From positions 1,060 through 65,059 of the forward strand of contig QCDO01000009.1 in assembly GCA_003278735.1 (NCBI GenBank): 64,000 nucleotides of DNA, written 5' to 3'. Positions 36,374 to 46,850 of the stretch are shown here, one piece after another. The first letter of the stretch is position 1. The number at the start of each line of letters is the position of its first letter. Source of the DNA: Prochlorococcus sp. AG-355-J09 (GTDB taxonomy: Bacteria > Cyanobacteriota > Cyanobacteriia > PCC-6307 > Cyanobiaceae). Made by a program: the position numbers and the translations under genes. The notes under the pieces are model-generated. The model was given only the letters and a program-made list of their open reading frames with translations. It had not been told where the DNA came from and made no database searches.

Positions 36374-37027
36374 ATGACAAATAAAATCAATCAAAGAGAA
36401 AATTACTCTACATTAGTGATTCATAGCACAGATAATTCTTTTGGCTTTGGGTATAGAAAAAACAATGACCTAGAATCTGATGAATTATTTTTTAAGAAAT
36501 TTGATAATGACCTTTGCAACAACTTAATAAATGATCTTAACAAGTTCATTTCCAAAGAAAATTTACAAAAAATAAATAAGTTATCTGTCAGTATAGGGCC
36601 AGCAAATTTTAATGCTTCACGACTAATTGTAGTTTTAGCAAGAACCATCTCACAACAAATAAATTGCCCTCTAGACAGTTTTAGTTCATTTGAAATAATG
36701 GCAAAAAGAATTGCATCAAAAAATAATATCTTAATAGACAAAAAATCATTCTGGATTTTCAAAAATTTAAAACGTAAGGGTTTTATTGCAGGTAAATATG
36801 AAATTTGTGGTAACGAAAAAAACTCCTCGGATCTAATCATTCGAGAAACAATCTTACCAAAAGTTGTCAAAGAACTTGATAGTAAAGAACTTTCTTTTGA
36901 AGCTACTTATGATGATAAAAAAGATTTGAAAGAATTATTAGATTTATCAAATAAAAATTTATTAAATTCAACTATAGATTCCTGGAGAAAAGTTTTGCCT
37001 CTTTACCCTATTTCTCCAATTAACTAA
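36374..37027 (+). CDS. tsaB: tRNA t6A biosynthesis protein TsaB-like
   Basis: LVIHST, VSIGPANFNASRL (GPGSFTGxR-like), C-terminal LPLYP. Confidence 0.8.
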   Translation: MTNKINQRENYSTLVIHSTDNSFGFGYRKNNDLESDELFFKKFDNDLCNNLINDLNKFISKENLQKINKLSVSIGPANFNASRLIVVLARTISQQINCPLDSFSSFEIMAKRIASKNNILIDKKSFWIFKNLKRKGFIAGKYEICGNEKNSSDLIIRETILPKVVKELDSKELSFEATYDDKKDLKELLDLSNKNLLNSTIDSWRKVLPLYPISPIN

Positions 37028-37031
37028 ATAT

Positions 37032-37652
37032 TCATCCAATCAAATTATTAATTTTATCTTGAAGGTGCATTGTTACAGAATTCAGATCATGTCTTGATGA
37101 ACTTTGTGGAGGTTGAACAGGTTTCCCCACTTTAATAACTATTTTTGAAAACAAAGGAATAAAGCATCTAAATCTTATTAGTCTATGTGAATTAACTATT
37201 GCAACAGGCAATAATAATTTTTGATTTTTAAAGGCTAATAATGCTGCACCTTGTTTGGGCTTATTCACTCGACCATTTTTTTGACGAGTGCCATCAATAA
37301 AAATTCCAATACAATTATCATCTGATAATTTCTTACATGCTGTTTTAATTGTGTTTTTATCAGCAATTCCTCTTTTTACAGGATACGCTCCACAAGCCTT
37401 GATAATAAAGCCGAGGAAAGGGATTCTAAAAAGCTCTGCCTTGGCCATAAAAGATATATTGCGTCCAAGGGCATGTCCTAACAGAGGAGGGTCAAGTAAA
37501 GAACCATGATTAGAAACCATGATAAAGGAATCTTTTTGCGGAATATTGTCTCTACCTATTAAATGACCTTTAAATACAAATTTATAAATTGGAAATACAA
37601 AAAGCTTGCTTACTAATTCATAGATTAATTTTTGAATAGTATGATTTTTCAT
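37032..37652 (-). CDS. plsC: 1-acyl-sn-glycerol-3-phosphate acyltransferase
   Basis: NHGSLLD (HX4D), FMAKAELF, FIDGTR. Confidence 0.92.
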   Translation of the reverse strand: MKNHTIQKLIYELVSKLFVFPIYKFVFKGHLIGRDNIPQKDSFIMVSNHGSLLDPPLLGHALGRNISFMAKAELFRIPFLGFIIKACGAYPVKRGIADKNTIKTACKKLSDDNCIGIFIDGTRQKNGRVNKPKQGAALLAFKNQKLLLPVAIVNSHRLIRFRCFIPLFSKIVIKVGKPVQPPQSSSRHDLNSVTMHLQDKINNLIG

Positions 37653-37657
37653 ACAAA

Positions 37658-38554
37658 TTAATAAGATATTTGATCAGAAGATGAAACTTGAGAAATTTTT
37701 ACATCTTTAAGATGTCTTTTTCCTAAACCGCTTAGTACATTAGAAGGGCCAATTTCGACAATATGAAGATCACTATCTTTTGCCATTAAATCCATAGTTT
37801 CTCGCCACCTCACTCCATTACACATTTGCTTTTCTAATCTAATTTTAATCTCGTTTGGATCGCTACACAGTGAAGGTTCATAATTACTTATTACAGGGAA
37901 AGAGGGATTGTTAAATTTAATCTTTTTTAAATACTCACAAAATTTTGATGAAGGTTCATTCATAAATGGCGAATGAAATGCTCCTGAAACATTTAATTTC
38001 AAGAATCTTTTACAAGCAATTTCTCTCGATAAATTATCTAGGGCTTCATTAGATCCTGATAAGACAACTTGTGAAGAGCTATTGTCATTCGCAATGACAA
38101 TATCATCAATTTTTTTCACTAATAAATCAAGCTGATATCTATCAAAACCAATTACTGCTGCCATAGATCCTTTCCCAGCATTGACCATTAATTGAGACCT
38201 TTTTTTTATAAGAGAAACACAATCTTCGAATGAAAAAACATCGGCACAATATAGTGCAGTGATTTCTCCAAGACTATGTCCCGCAACATAAGTTGGTTTA
38301 AACCCATTTTCCTTTAATGCATCTAATAAGATTGATTCAACTAAAAAAAGACAAATTTGTGTATTCCTTGTGTTATTTAAATCAAGAAGAGGATTTGTTG
38401 GTTCAGTATCTAACTCACAAATTTCAAATAAATTCCTCTCAAATATTTCAGATGCATAATTAAACCTCTCTTTTGTATTGGGCAAAGTTTCGATTTGTTT
38501 TGCCATTCCAATTTTTTGCGAACCCTGTCCAGGGAATACCCATGCTACTGTCAT
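37658..38554 (-). CDS. fabD: Malonyl-CoA-ACP transacylase
   Basis: FPGQGSQ, GHSLGE, VSGAFHSP. Confidence 0.97.
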   Translation of the reverse strand: MTVAWVFPGQGSQKIGMAKQIETLPNTKERFNYASEIFERNLFEICELDTEPTNPLLDLNNTRNTQICLFLVESILLDALKENGFKPTYVAGHSLGEITALYCADVFSFEDCVSLIKKRSQLMVNAGKGSMAAVIGFDRYQLDLLVKKIDDIVIANDNSSSQVVLSGSNEALDNLSREIACKRFLKLNVSGAFHSPFMNEPSSKFCEYLKKIKFNNPSFPVISNYEPSLCSDPNEIKIRLEKQMCNGVRWRETMDLMAKDSDLHIVEIGPSNVLSGLGKRHLKDVKISQVSSSDQISY

Positions 38555-38572
38555 AATGTTCCTATTTTGTTT

Positions 38573-39580
38573 TTAACCCCATTTAATTAGGGCTGCACCC
38601 CAACTTAGCCCAGCACCGAAACCACTTGTAGCAATAATATCATTTTGTTTAATTCTATAATCTCTTACAGCCTCATCCATCATTAATGGAATTGTTGCTG
38701 CTGAGGTATTGCCATATTTTTCTAAATTGCTAAGAATCTTTTCTCTGGGAATTTTTAACCTTTCTCCTACAGAATCCAATATTCTTTGATTAGCTTGATG
38801 TAACAAGAGCCAATCAACTTGATCAGAATTATATTTCATTTTTTTCAACAACTTTTGAAGAATTACGGGGACTTCTTTAACTGCGAATTTATAAACTTCC
38901 TGACCATTCATCTGAATTGGAGAAAAACCTCCACTTAAAAAGTCAATTTCATCCACTATTGAATCCTTATTATTTTTTGATGGAAGATTAAGAAAAGAGC
39001 CCCTCCCCCCATCAGTTCTCATATCAAAACCTATAAAATTATCAAATTCATTTGTGGCTTCAATTGCTAATGCACCGGCACCATCTCCAAAGAGAATACA
39101 ACTTCTTCTATCATTCCAATCAACAAAACTTGATAATTGATCTGCTCCAATAACAATAGCCCTTTTAAAACTACCCCCTTTTAAAAATTGTGAGGCTGTT
39201 ATTAAGGCAAATAAAAAGCCACTACAAGCTGCAGTTAAATCAAAAGCTACAGCATTAGCTGCCTTTAATTTAGCTTGAATTGATGGGGCTGATCCAAATA
39301 AATCATGCGGAGTAGAAGTAGCTAAAACAATCAAATCAATCGTTTTAATATCCCAATTAGCCATTTCTATAGCAGTTAGAGCAGCCTTATAACCCATCTC
39401 AGTAACATTATCTTCTACGTTCGAGATTCTTCTCTCAGAAATACCAGTTCTAGATTGTATCCATTCATTGCTTGTATCAACCTTTTGACTAATTTTTTGA
39501 TTGGTTAGGATTTGATCAGGTACATAACTTCCACTTCCCTTGAATGACACTCCAATCTGATTAAAATTTATTCCTTCCAA
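38573..39580 (-). CDS. fabH: 3-oxoacyl-ACP synthase III
   Basis: AACSGF, FGDGAGA, HQAN, GNTSAA, GFGAGLSWG. Confidence 0.97.
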   Translation of the reverse strand: MEGINFNQIGVSFKGSGSYVPDQILTNQKISQKVDTSNEWIQSRTGISERRISNVEDNVTEMGYKAALTAIEMANWDIKTIDLIVLATSTPHDLFGSAPSIQAKLKAANAVAFDLTAACSGFLFALITASQFLKGGSFKRAIVIGADQLSSFVDWNDRRSCILFGDGAGALAIEATNEFDNFIGFDMRTDGGRGSFLNLPSKNNKDSIVDEIDFLSGGFSPIQMNGQEVYKFAVKEVPVILQKLLKKMKYNSDQVDWLLLHQANQRILDSVGERLKIPREKILSNLEKYGNTSAATIPLMMDEAVRDYRIKQNDIIATSGFGAGLSWGAALIKWG

Positions 39581-39633
39581 AAGAGTTTTTTAGTTACTTA
39601 TATTAGTCAAACATAAATTTGACTCAATATGTT

Positions 39634-41052
39634 TTATGAATTTAAAACTTGAAGCTTTTGCAGTTGATTTAAATTGTCCATAACACCATGATTCACTGCA
39701 GAGTGGGCCAAGCGAAGAGCACTAACTACTGATAAAGATTTGCTACTTCCATGACCAATAACGCAAATACCATTCACCCCAAGTAATAAAGCTCCTCCAT
39801 GTTCGGCATGATCTAACCTTTTCTTAATTCTGAGTAGATTACTTCTTAAAAAAGCTGAACCAACTTTCCCCCGCCTTCCACGTGGCAGCTCAGATCTCAA
39901 AATATCTAATAGAACTCCTCCCACAGATTCAAGAAATTTCAATAATATATTTCCAGTAAATCCATCACAGACTACTACATCGAAGCTACCTGATAATACA
40001 TCTCGCCCTTCACAATTACCTCCAAAATCAAAACTTTTTTCAGAAGATAATAATTCAAATGTTTTTAGGGATAAATCATTACCTTTGCATTCTTCTTCTC
40101 CAATATTTAGAAGACCTATCCTTGGTTTTTTTACTTGTAAGACATCTTTTGCATAAATGTTACCCAGAAGAGCAAATTGATGCAGATAAGATGGCTTACA
40201 ATCAGTATTTGCACCAACATCTAAAACTAATACAGGGCGAGTTTGATCCCTTGTTGGAAATAATGCTCCTATAGCTGGTCTATCAATCCCTTTCAATCTT
40301 CCAATTCTAAATATGGCAGAAGCCATCATGGCACCTGAATTACCAGCTGAGTAAACAGCTTCAGCTTTATTATTTCTCACTAAGTCCATTGCAACGTTTA
40401 TACTTGCATTTTTCCTTTTTCTGACTGCAGTAGCTTCTTCATTCATCCCAATAGGCTCTCCACTATCAATTAATTCAAGACGATTATTATTAATTTCATT
40501 TTCTAATAATTCTGCTAAACCAGTTTTTTCAGCTGCATCTTTAACTTTTTGAATTTTGCCGACAAACTTTATATTTATTGGGAATCTACTTATTGCTTCG
40601 AGGCAACCTTCTAGAATTGGAACAGGAGCATAATCTCCACCCATACCATCAACTGCGATCCAAATTCTTTTAGATTGAATGTCTTCGACCTTATCTAAAA
40701 TATTATCGCTATTTTGTAATCTTTTTAATGGGTCAAAAACTAATGGCTGTAATGTATTTTTCGCTATTGAGCTAGCATTTGAAACAACACTGCTGGCAGT
40801 ATTCACAACAGATTCAGCGCTTGAAACTACATTGCCCGCAACATTACCTGCAACATTACTAGCAACATTACTAGCAGTGGTCACAACAGAACCAGCACCA
40901 GAAACGACATTACCTGCAACATTACTAGCCGTTGCCGCAGAACTAGCAGCAGTATCTACTATTGAAGTGACAGCCGAATTTCTTTTATACCAAATAACTA
41001 ATCTTCTAATAGCTCTGGACTTGTTAATTTTTTGCGCTGTTTCTTTCCCCAT
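39634..41052 (-). CDS. plsX: Phosphate acyltransferase PlsX with repetitive N-terminal extension
   Basis: AVDGMGGD, SAGNSGA, LDVGAN, NIGEE, DGFTGN, GHGSS; the catalytic core is preceded by ~125 extra residues. Confidence 0.95.
   Translation of the reverse strand: MGKETAQKINKSRAIRRLVIWYKRNSAVTSIVDTAASSAATASNVAGNVVSGAGSVVTTASNVASNVAGNVAGNVVSSAESVVNTASSVVSNASSIAKNTLQPLVFDPLKRLQNSDNILDKVEDIQSKRIWIAVDGMGGDYAPVPILEGCLEAISRFPINIKFVGKIQKVKDAAEKTGLAELLENEINNNRLELIDSGEPIGMNEEATAVRKRKNASINVAMDLVRNNKAEAVYSAGNSGAMMASAIFRIGRLKGIDRPAIGALFPTRDQTRPVLVLDVGANTDCKPSYLHQFALLGNIYAKDVLQVKKPRIGLLNIGEEECKGNDLSLKTFELLSSEKSFDFGGNCEGRDVLSGSFDVVVCDGFTGNILLKFLESVGGVLLDILRSELPRGRRGKVGSAFLRSNLLRIKKRLDHAEHGGALLLGVNGICVIGHGSSKSLSVVSALRLAHSAVNHGVMDNLNQLQKLQVLNS
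40829..40929. repeat. In-frame coding repeats in the plsX extension
   Basis: ACATTACCTGCAACATTACTAGC (23 bp) at 40841-40863 and 40907-40929, built from 12-bp GCAACATTAC(C/T)(T/A) units. Confidence 0.85.
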
Positions 41053-41799
41053 TTATTTACCATCAAAAGGAGCAATATCAACAATCCTTTGAAAAAGATA
41101 ACCTGTACCCCTTGCTGTCAAAATTAATTCAGGATTTGCTGGATCAGCTTCAAGTTTTGATCTTAATCTTGATATATGAACATCTACGACTCTCGTGTCT
41201 ACATGTCTCTCGGGGGTATATCCCCAAACTTCTTTCAAGATCTCTCCTCTACTAAATGGCTCTCCTGACCTACTTACCAAAAGCTCTAAGAGACTAAATT
41301 CCATTCCAGTTAATCTTATTCTCTCATCGCTTTTAAAAACTTGTCTTCGATTTGTATCAATTTTAATATCCGTTACCAAAATTAATCCCGAATTAGGCAT
41401 TCCAGGAATTTGTTCTTTGTCGATTCTTCTAAGAACACACCTAATTCTAGCTTCCAATTCCTTTGGGCTGAATGGTTTTACTACATAATCATCAGCCCCT
41501 AATTCTAAACCTGTTATCCTATCTGCGACATCTCCTAATGCAGTTAACATAACAATTGGGACATCAGAATCTTTCCTTAATTCTTGACAAACTCCATAAC
41601 CATCTAGCTTTGGCATCATGACGTCTAGCACTACTAAATCAGGTTCATAATCCTTAAATAACTTTAATGCTTCTTTACCATCACTTGCAGTTACAACTTT
41701 GTAGCCAATCATGGAGAGACGTGTCTCCAGAATTCTTCTAATACTTGCCTCGTCATCTGCGACCAGTATAGTTTCTTTAGTTTGACTAGATAGAGCCAT
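41053..41799 (-). CDS. rpaB: OmpR-family response regulator RpaB
   Basis: ASIRRILETRLSMIGY, VWGYTPERHVDTRVVDVHISRLR. Confidence 0.96.
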   Translation of the reverse strand: MALSSQTKETILVADDEASIRRILETRLSMIGYKVVTASDGKEALKLFKDYEPDLVVLDVMMPKLDGYGVCQELRKDSDVPIVMLTALGDVADRITGLELGADDYVVKPFSPKELEARIRCVLRRIDKEQIPGMPNSGLILVTDIKIDTNRRQVFKSDERIRLTGMEFSLLELLVSRSGEPFSRGEILKEVWGYTPERHVDTRVVDVHISRLRSKLEADPANPELILTARGTGYLFQRIVDIAPFDGK

Positions 41800-41906
41800 T
41801 TGTTTCTATTAGCTAATCAGTAAGAGAATTTATTATTAACCTAATCTAACTTGTAGAGGGGCAATATCCCAAACATTCTAGTTCCATTACTTCATTCAGA
41901 AACTTA

Positions 41907-43268
41907 ATGTCTAGCAAATTATCGACTTTTATTTGTCAGAATTGTGGATCTGAAACTTCTCAATACTTTGGGAAATGCCTTAATTGCAACTCATGGAATT
42001 CCATTGTTGAAGAAATAAAAAGTAAGAGCTCTAAATATCAAGAAATAAAAGATATCAAAAACAGTAAAAAATCTATACCATTTAATGAGATCTCATCAAA
42101 AAAAATATCAAGATTCACGAGTGGTTTTACTGAATTTGATAGAGTTCTTGGGGGTGGAATAGTACCTGGATCCGTTGTTTTACTTGGAGGAGAACCAGGG
42201 ATAGGTAAAAGCACAATAGTTCTTCAATCAGCAGGAAAAATATCTCTTAAAGAGAAAGTTTTATACATAACTGCAGAAGAATCTTTAGAACAAGTAAAAA
42301 TTAGATGGGAAAGATTAAATCAAAACAGTATTGATTTAAAAATTTTTGCAGAAACTAATTTATCCCTAATTATTGAAGAGATCAAAAGTGTCAATCCAAG
42401 TTTCGCAATTATTGATAGTATTCAAGCCATCCATAATCATGAAATGCAAAGTTCTCCAGGATCAGTTTCTCAGGTGAGAGCATGTTCGTCTGAATTGCAA
42501 AATCTTGCCAAAGACAATAATATTGCGCTTCTAATAATTGGTCATGTAACCAAAGATGGTGCTTTAGCTGGTCCTAAAACTTTAGAGCATTTAGTTGATA
42601 CAGTAATAAACTTTGAAGGAGATAATATTTCCTCACATAGATTACTAAGAAGTATAAAAAATCGATTTGGATCGACCTTCGAGATTGGAATCTTTGAAAT
42701 GCTTGAAGAGGGTTTACGAGAGATAAAAAACCCAAGTTCAATTTTTACAAATAAAGAAAACATATCAGGTGTAACAACTACGATTACCAATGAAGGTACT
42801 CGACCATTAGCAGTTGATATACAAGCACTGGTAAATAAAACTTTCTACAGCAACCCAAGACGGACTACAACTGGAATAAGCATTAATAGATTGCATCAAA
42901 TCCTAGCTGTTATTGAAAAACACGTAGGGATAAAATTATCTGAATTTGATTGTTATGTAGCTACTGGTGGGGGTTTTGAGATTAATGATCCTTCATCTGA
43001 CTTAGGTGTTGCAATATCAATTTTATCAAGTTTGAAAAATATTCCTCCTTTGGCCAGTAGCTCATTTATTGGTGAATTGGGTTTAAGCGGTCAGGTTAGA
43101 AAATCGAATAACCTTCGAACAAAAATAGAAGAAGCTGTAAGACTAGGGATCAAAAATATCGTAGTGCCAAAACTAGAGGAAGAACTAAATAATAATTTTC
43201 AAAATTTAATAAATATCAAAGAGATATCAAATATTAAAGAAGCAGTTGAATATTCTTTATCAGTTTAA
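41907..43268 (+). CDS. radA: DNA repair protein RadA/Sms
   Basis: N-terminal C4 zinc finger, GEPGIGKST, KNRFG. Confidence 0.97.
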   Translation: MSSKLSTFICQNCGSETSQYFGKCLNCNSWNSIVEEIKSKSSKYQEIKDIKNSKKSIPFNEISSKKISRFTSGFTEFDRVLGGGIVPGSVVLLGGEPGIGKSTIVLQSAGKISLKEKVLYITAEESLEQVKIRWERLNQNSIDLKIFAETNLSLIIEEIKSVNPSFAIIDSIQAIHNHEMQSSPGSVSQVRACSSELQNLAKDNNIALLIIGHVTKDGALAGPKTLEHLVDTVINFEGDNISSHRLLRSIKNRFGSTFEIGIFEMLEEGLREIKNPSSIFTNKENISGVTTTITNEGTRPLAVDIQALVNKTFYSNPRRTTTGISINRLHQILAVIEKHVGIKLSEFDCYVATGGGFEINDPSSDLGVAISILSSLKNIPPLASSSFIGELGLSGQVRKSNNLRTKIEEAVRLGIKNIVVPKLEEELNNNFQNLINIKEISNIKEAVEYSLSV

Positions 43269-43273
43269 AAAAA

Positions 43274-43795
43274 TTAGAGATACATATCGATTGAACTTCT
43301 TCCTGAGTTTTTCAACCAATTTTCAATATCTAGATAACCACCTGGATATAATCTAACTGCTTTAGACCAGACTTCTGCAGCTTTATCGAACCAAATATCT
43401 CTCTTATCTAAATCACCATTTTGCTCAGCATATCTTCCCCTTTTTTCATAAATCAAACCTATATTTTTAAGGCATGATGGCTGTTTGGGATTTTCTACTA
43501 ATGCTTTTTCATAAGTTTCTATAGACAGATCCTCTTCACCATTACTCATATATATTATGGCCATATTTTTTAAAGTCTCACCTCTATCAATTTTATTTTC
43601 TTCAAGTAGTAAACTCTCTTTGTAATACTCTAATGCTTCCGAATAATCTCCATTATTTTGTGCAGCTAAGCCATCTCTATAATAGATATATGCTTTTTTT
43701 TCTTTCTCTGCAATAGGCATTATTTTTACTATTGATTCAGCAATTACAGTAAAAGCTTTATCGATAAAGTTGTCTCTGTTTTGATTACTAGGCAC
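43274..43795 (-). CDS. ycf3: Photosystem I assembly protein Ycf3
   Basis: (V)[23 protein letters not shown] and TPR repeats. Start corrected to GTG 43795. Confidence 0.93.
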   Translation of the reverse strand: MPSNQNRDNFIDKAFTVIAESIVKIMPIAEKEKKAYIYYRDGLAAQNNGDYSEALEYYKESLLLEENKIDRGETLKNMAIIYMSNGEEDLSIETYEKALVENPKQPSCLKNIGLIYEKRGRYAEQNGDLDKRDIWFDKAAEVWSKAVRLYPGGYLDIENWLKNSGRSSIDMYL

Positions 43796-43904
43796 CTGTC
43801 TAAAACTAATAAAATTAATATAGTAATTTAAAAAATTACTATTTAAAAAGTCTATTACATTTATTATTATAGTTAAAAAATAAGTCAAGCATTAATTTGC
43901 TTCA

Positions 43905-46211
43905 ATGGCAAAAAATATGGAAAGCATTCAATTAAATATTTCAGGAATGAAGTGCGGAGGTTGTGTTAGTACTGTTGAAAAAATATTAAATAATTCTGAT
44001 GGTATTGAAAATGTTTCTGTTAACTTACTCACTGAAAGTGCATATTTTGAAATTACTCAGAAACATATAGAGATAGAAGCAGTTCTCAAAAATCTAAAAG
44101 AAAATGGTTTCCCATCAAAAATTTATGTAAATGATTTTTCAAAAAAAATAAACAAGGCAGAATTAGAAAAAAAAAAGAAGTGGAATAATCAATGGAAAAA
44201 ACTAACATTTGCTTTATTACTTTTATTATTTTCAGGTTTAGGTCATCTAGCAGAAGGAGGATATATAAATTTTCCGATATTAGGTAATATATTTTTTCAC
44301 GCTTCATTAGCGACATTAGCTCTTTTATTTCCTGGCAGAGGAATAATTATTAATGGGTTTAAATCATTTATTAAGAACCGTCCTGATATGGATTCTCTAG
44401 TAGCTCTTGGAGTAACTAGCGCATATATAACAAGTCTTCTATCCTTAATATTTCCTGCTACTGGTTTTCCTTGTTTTTTTAATGAACCAGTTATGCTGTT
44501 AGGTTTTATATTGATTGGGCGTTTCTTAGAGGAAAGAGCAAGATATCAAACTGGTTCATCCATTGGAGAGTTATTAGATCTTCAACCTGAAATGGCAAAT
44601 ATCTACACAGAAGATAATCAAATAAAATCAATAAGAGTAAACACTTTAAGACCAAATCAAGAAATTCAAGTTTTAGCTGGAGACAGAGTGCCTGCTGACT
44701 GCATTGTTACTCAAGGCAATTCATATATTGATGTTTCGCATATCACTGGAGAATCCAAACCTATCGAGGTAAAAGAAGGCGAAAATCTATCTAGTGGGTC
44801 TTTAAATATTAATTCAACTCTTAGACTTAAAGTAAAAAATGTAGGAGGGGATTCTTCTCTTGCAAAACTAGTAAATCTTATTGAGTCTGTAAACGCTAGA
44901 AAACCTCGCATTCAAAGAATTGCCGATGAAATTGCAGGCAAATTTACTTACTTTGTGCTTATTTTTGCTACTTTAACTTTCTTCTTTTGGTGGAAAGGGG
45001 CAAGAAACATTTGGCCAGATTTATTAAGTCATAATCATCAATTCATCACTCACTCAAGCCATACACTTCATAGTTCGCTTGGTAGTAATGCTGAGAATTT
45101 TCTTAGTTTAGCCATACAATTGTCAATTGCTGTTTTAGTAATAGCTTGTCCTTGTGCATTAGGTTTAGCCACCCCAACTGTAATAACTGTCGCATCAGGT
45201 AAAGCAGCAAAAAAGGGCGTTTTATTTAAAGGCGGGGACAAAATAGAGATGGCTTCAAAAATTAATCAAATTATTTTTGATAAGACAGGCACTTTAACAA
45301 AAGGTAAGCCTTTCATTGTTGATTATAAAAATTATGATGATCATTCATTTTTATTAAAAATAGCTGCCAGTTTAGAAAAGGAAAGCAGACATCCAATCGC
45401 AGATGCCCTAATTCAAGAGGCAAAAAAGCAAAATTTAAGTTTATTTCCAATAAAGAAAATTTTTACTCATTCAGGGCGAGGTATTTCTGGAGAACTTAAA
45501 TCAATTGATGGAATTATTAATATTGGAAATATTGAATGGCTACTAAGCAAAGGAATAATTATTGATAGTGAAGCAAAAAAAGTCATTGAAAATGAAGAAA
45601 CAAAAACGAACACTATCATTGGAGTAAGTATCAAAGATAAGTTATTAGGCTTTATTTTGCTGGGAGATTTACTCAGAGATGATTCAATTAAAACAGTTCA
45701 AAATTTGAGAGAAAACAATTTTAAAATTAATATTTTAAGTGGTGATAGGAAACAAACGGTTTTAGCTTTAGCAAAAAAAATTGGTTGTAAAGAAACAGAA
45801 GTAAAATGGGATCTTCTTCCTGAAATGAAGCTCAAGACTATAGAAAATTTAAAAATTAATAATAAAGTGGCAATGATTGGTGATGGTATTAATGATGTCC
45901 CAGCCTTAGCATCCTCAGACTTAGGAATTGCGGTAGGATCTGGTACTCAAATAGCCAAGGCAAATGCAGATGTAGTATTAATGGGAGATCAACTAAATGG
46001 ATTACCCTACGCCTTAAATCTTGCAAAAAAAACTATAAGAAAAATAAATCAAAATCTAACATGGGCTTTTGGTTACAACTTACTAGCTATACCTTTAGCC
46101 GCCGGCATTTTATTCCCTAAATACGGTATTCTTCTTACTCCCTCAATAGCAGCATTATTGATGGCGATTAGCTCTATTACAGTTGTAATTAATGCTTTAT
46201 CTTTGGATTAA
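43905..46211 (+). CDS. P1B-type heavy-metal (Cu-type) ATPase
   Basis: GMKCGGC metal-binding domain, TGES, CPC, DKTGT, HP, GDGIND, YN. Confidence 0.92.
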   Translation: MAKNMESIQLNISGMKCGGCVSTVEKILNNSDGIENVSVNLLTESAYFEITQKHIEIEAVLKNLKENGFPSKIYVNDFSKKINKAELEKKKKWNNQWKKLTFALLLLLFSGLGHLAEGGYINFPILGNIFFHASLATLALLFPGRGIIINGFKSFIKNRPDMDSLVALGVTSAYITSLLSLIFPATGFPCFFNEPVMLLGFILIGRFLEERARYQTGSSIGELLDLQPEMANIYTEDNQIKSIRVNTLRPNQEIQVLAGDRVPADCIVTQGNSYIDVSHITGESKPIEVKEGENLSSGSLNINSTLRLKVKNVGGDSSLAKLVNLIESVNARKPRIQRIADEIAGKFTYFVLIFATLTFFFWWKGARNIWPDLLSHNHQFITHSSHTLHSSLGSNAENFLSLAIQLSIAVLVIACPCALGLATPTVITVASGKAAKKGVLFKGGDKIEMASKINQIIFDKTGTLTKGKPFIVDYKNYDDHSFLLKIAASLEKESRHPIADALIQEAKKQNLSLFPIKKIFTHSGRGISGELKSIDGIINIGNIEWLLSKGIIIDSEAKKVIENEETKTNTIIGVSIKDKLLGFILLGDLLRDDSIKTVQNLRENNFKINILSGDRKQTVLALAKKIGCKETEVKWDLLPEMKLKTIENLKINNKVAMIGDGINDVPALASSDLGIAVGSGTQIAKANADVVLMGDQLNGLPYALNLAKKTIRKINQNLTWAFGYNLLAIPLAAGILFPKYGILLTPSIAALLMAISSITVVINALSLD

Positions 46212-46850
46212 ATGAAAGGAAAATTTATCGTTATTGAGGGTATTGATGGATGTGGTAAAACTACCCAAATAGATGAACTATCTAAATGGCTTCCTAATAG
46301 TGGTCTAATAAAGAAAGGGTCAAAATTAATCACGACTAGAGAGCCGGGGGGCAGTCTTTTAGGAAAAAAACTTAGAGGACTGATTCTTGAAAATAATGAA
46401 AATAATAAGCCTTCATCTCTTGCAGAATTATTGCTTTATTCAGCGGATAGAGCTGAACACGTTTCCAAAATTATTTCACCTGCTTTAAATAACAATGATT
46501 GGGTAATAAGTGATAGATTTTCCGATTCGACACTTGCTTATCAAGGTTATGGAAGAAATATAAATTTAGAAATAATTAAAAATATTGAATCTATTGTGTG
46601 TCAAGGAGTATCTCCAGATCTTACTTTCTTCTTAGAAATTTCTCCAGAAGAGAGCATATTTCGAAGAAAAAATGAAATTCCAGACAGAATAGAATCAGAA
46701 GGTATTAAATTTTTAGAAAAAGTAAATGAAGGCTTCAAACTAATTGCCAAACAAAAAAACTGGAAAGTAATATCTGCTTCACAAAATATTAAAACTATTT
46801 CCAATCAAATCAAAGAGACTTTACTAAACAATTTTTCTAATAACAAATGA
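46212..46850 (+). CDS. tmk: Thymidylate kinase
   Basis: [23 protein letters not shown]. Confidence 0.96.
   Translation: MKGKFIVIEGIDGCGKTTQIDELSKWLPNSGLIKKGSKLITTREPGGSLLGKKLRGLILENNENNKPSSLAELLLYSADRAEHVSKIISPALNNNDWVISDRFSDSTLAYQGYGRNINLEIIKNIESIVCQGVSPDLTFFLEISPEESIFRRKNEIPDRIESEGIKFLEKVNEGFKLIAKQKNWKVISASQNIKTISNQIKETLLNNFSNNK

Noticed and set aside
36421..36870. 149-aa antisense ORF
   Set aside because: Lies wholly opposite tsaB and has no motif; a shadow ORF.
40679..41092. 137-aa antisense ORF rich in T/L/A/P repeats
   Set aside because: It mirrors the plsX repeat region, whose codons lack antisense stops.
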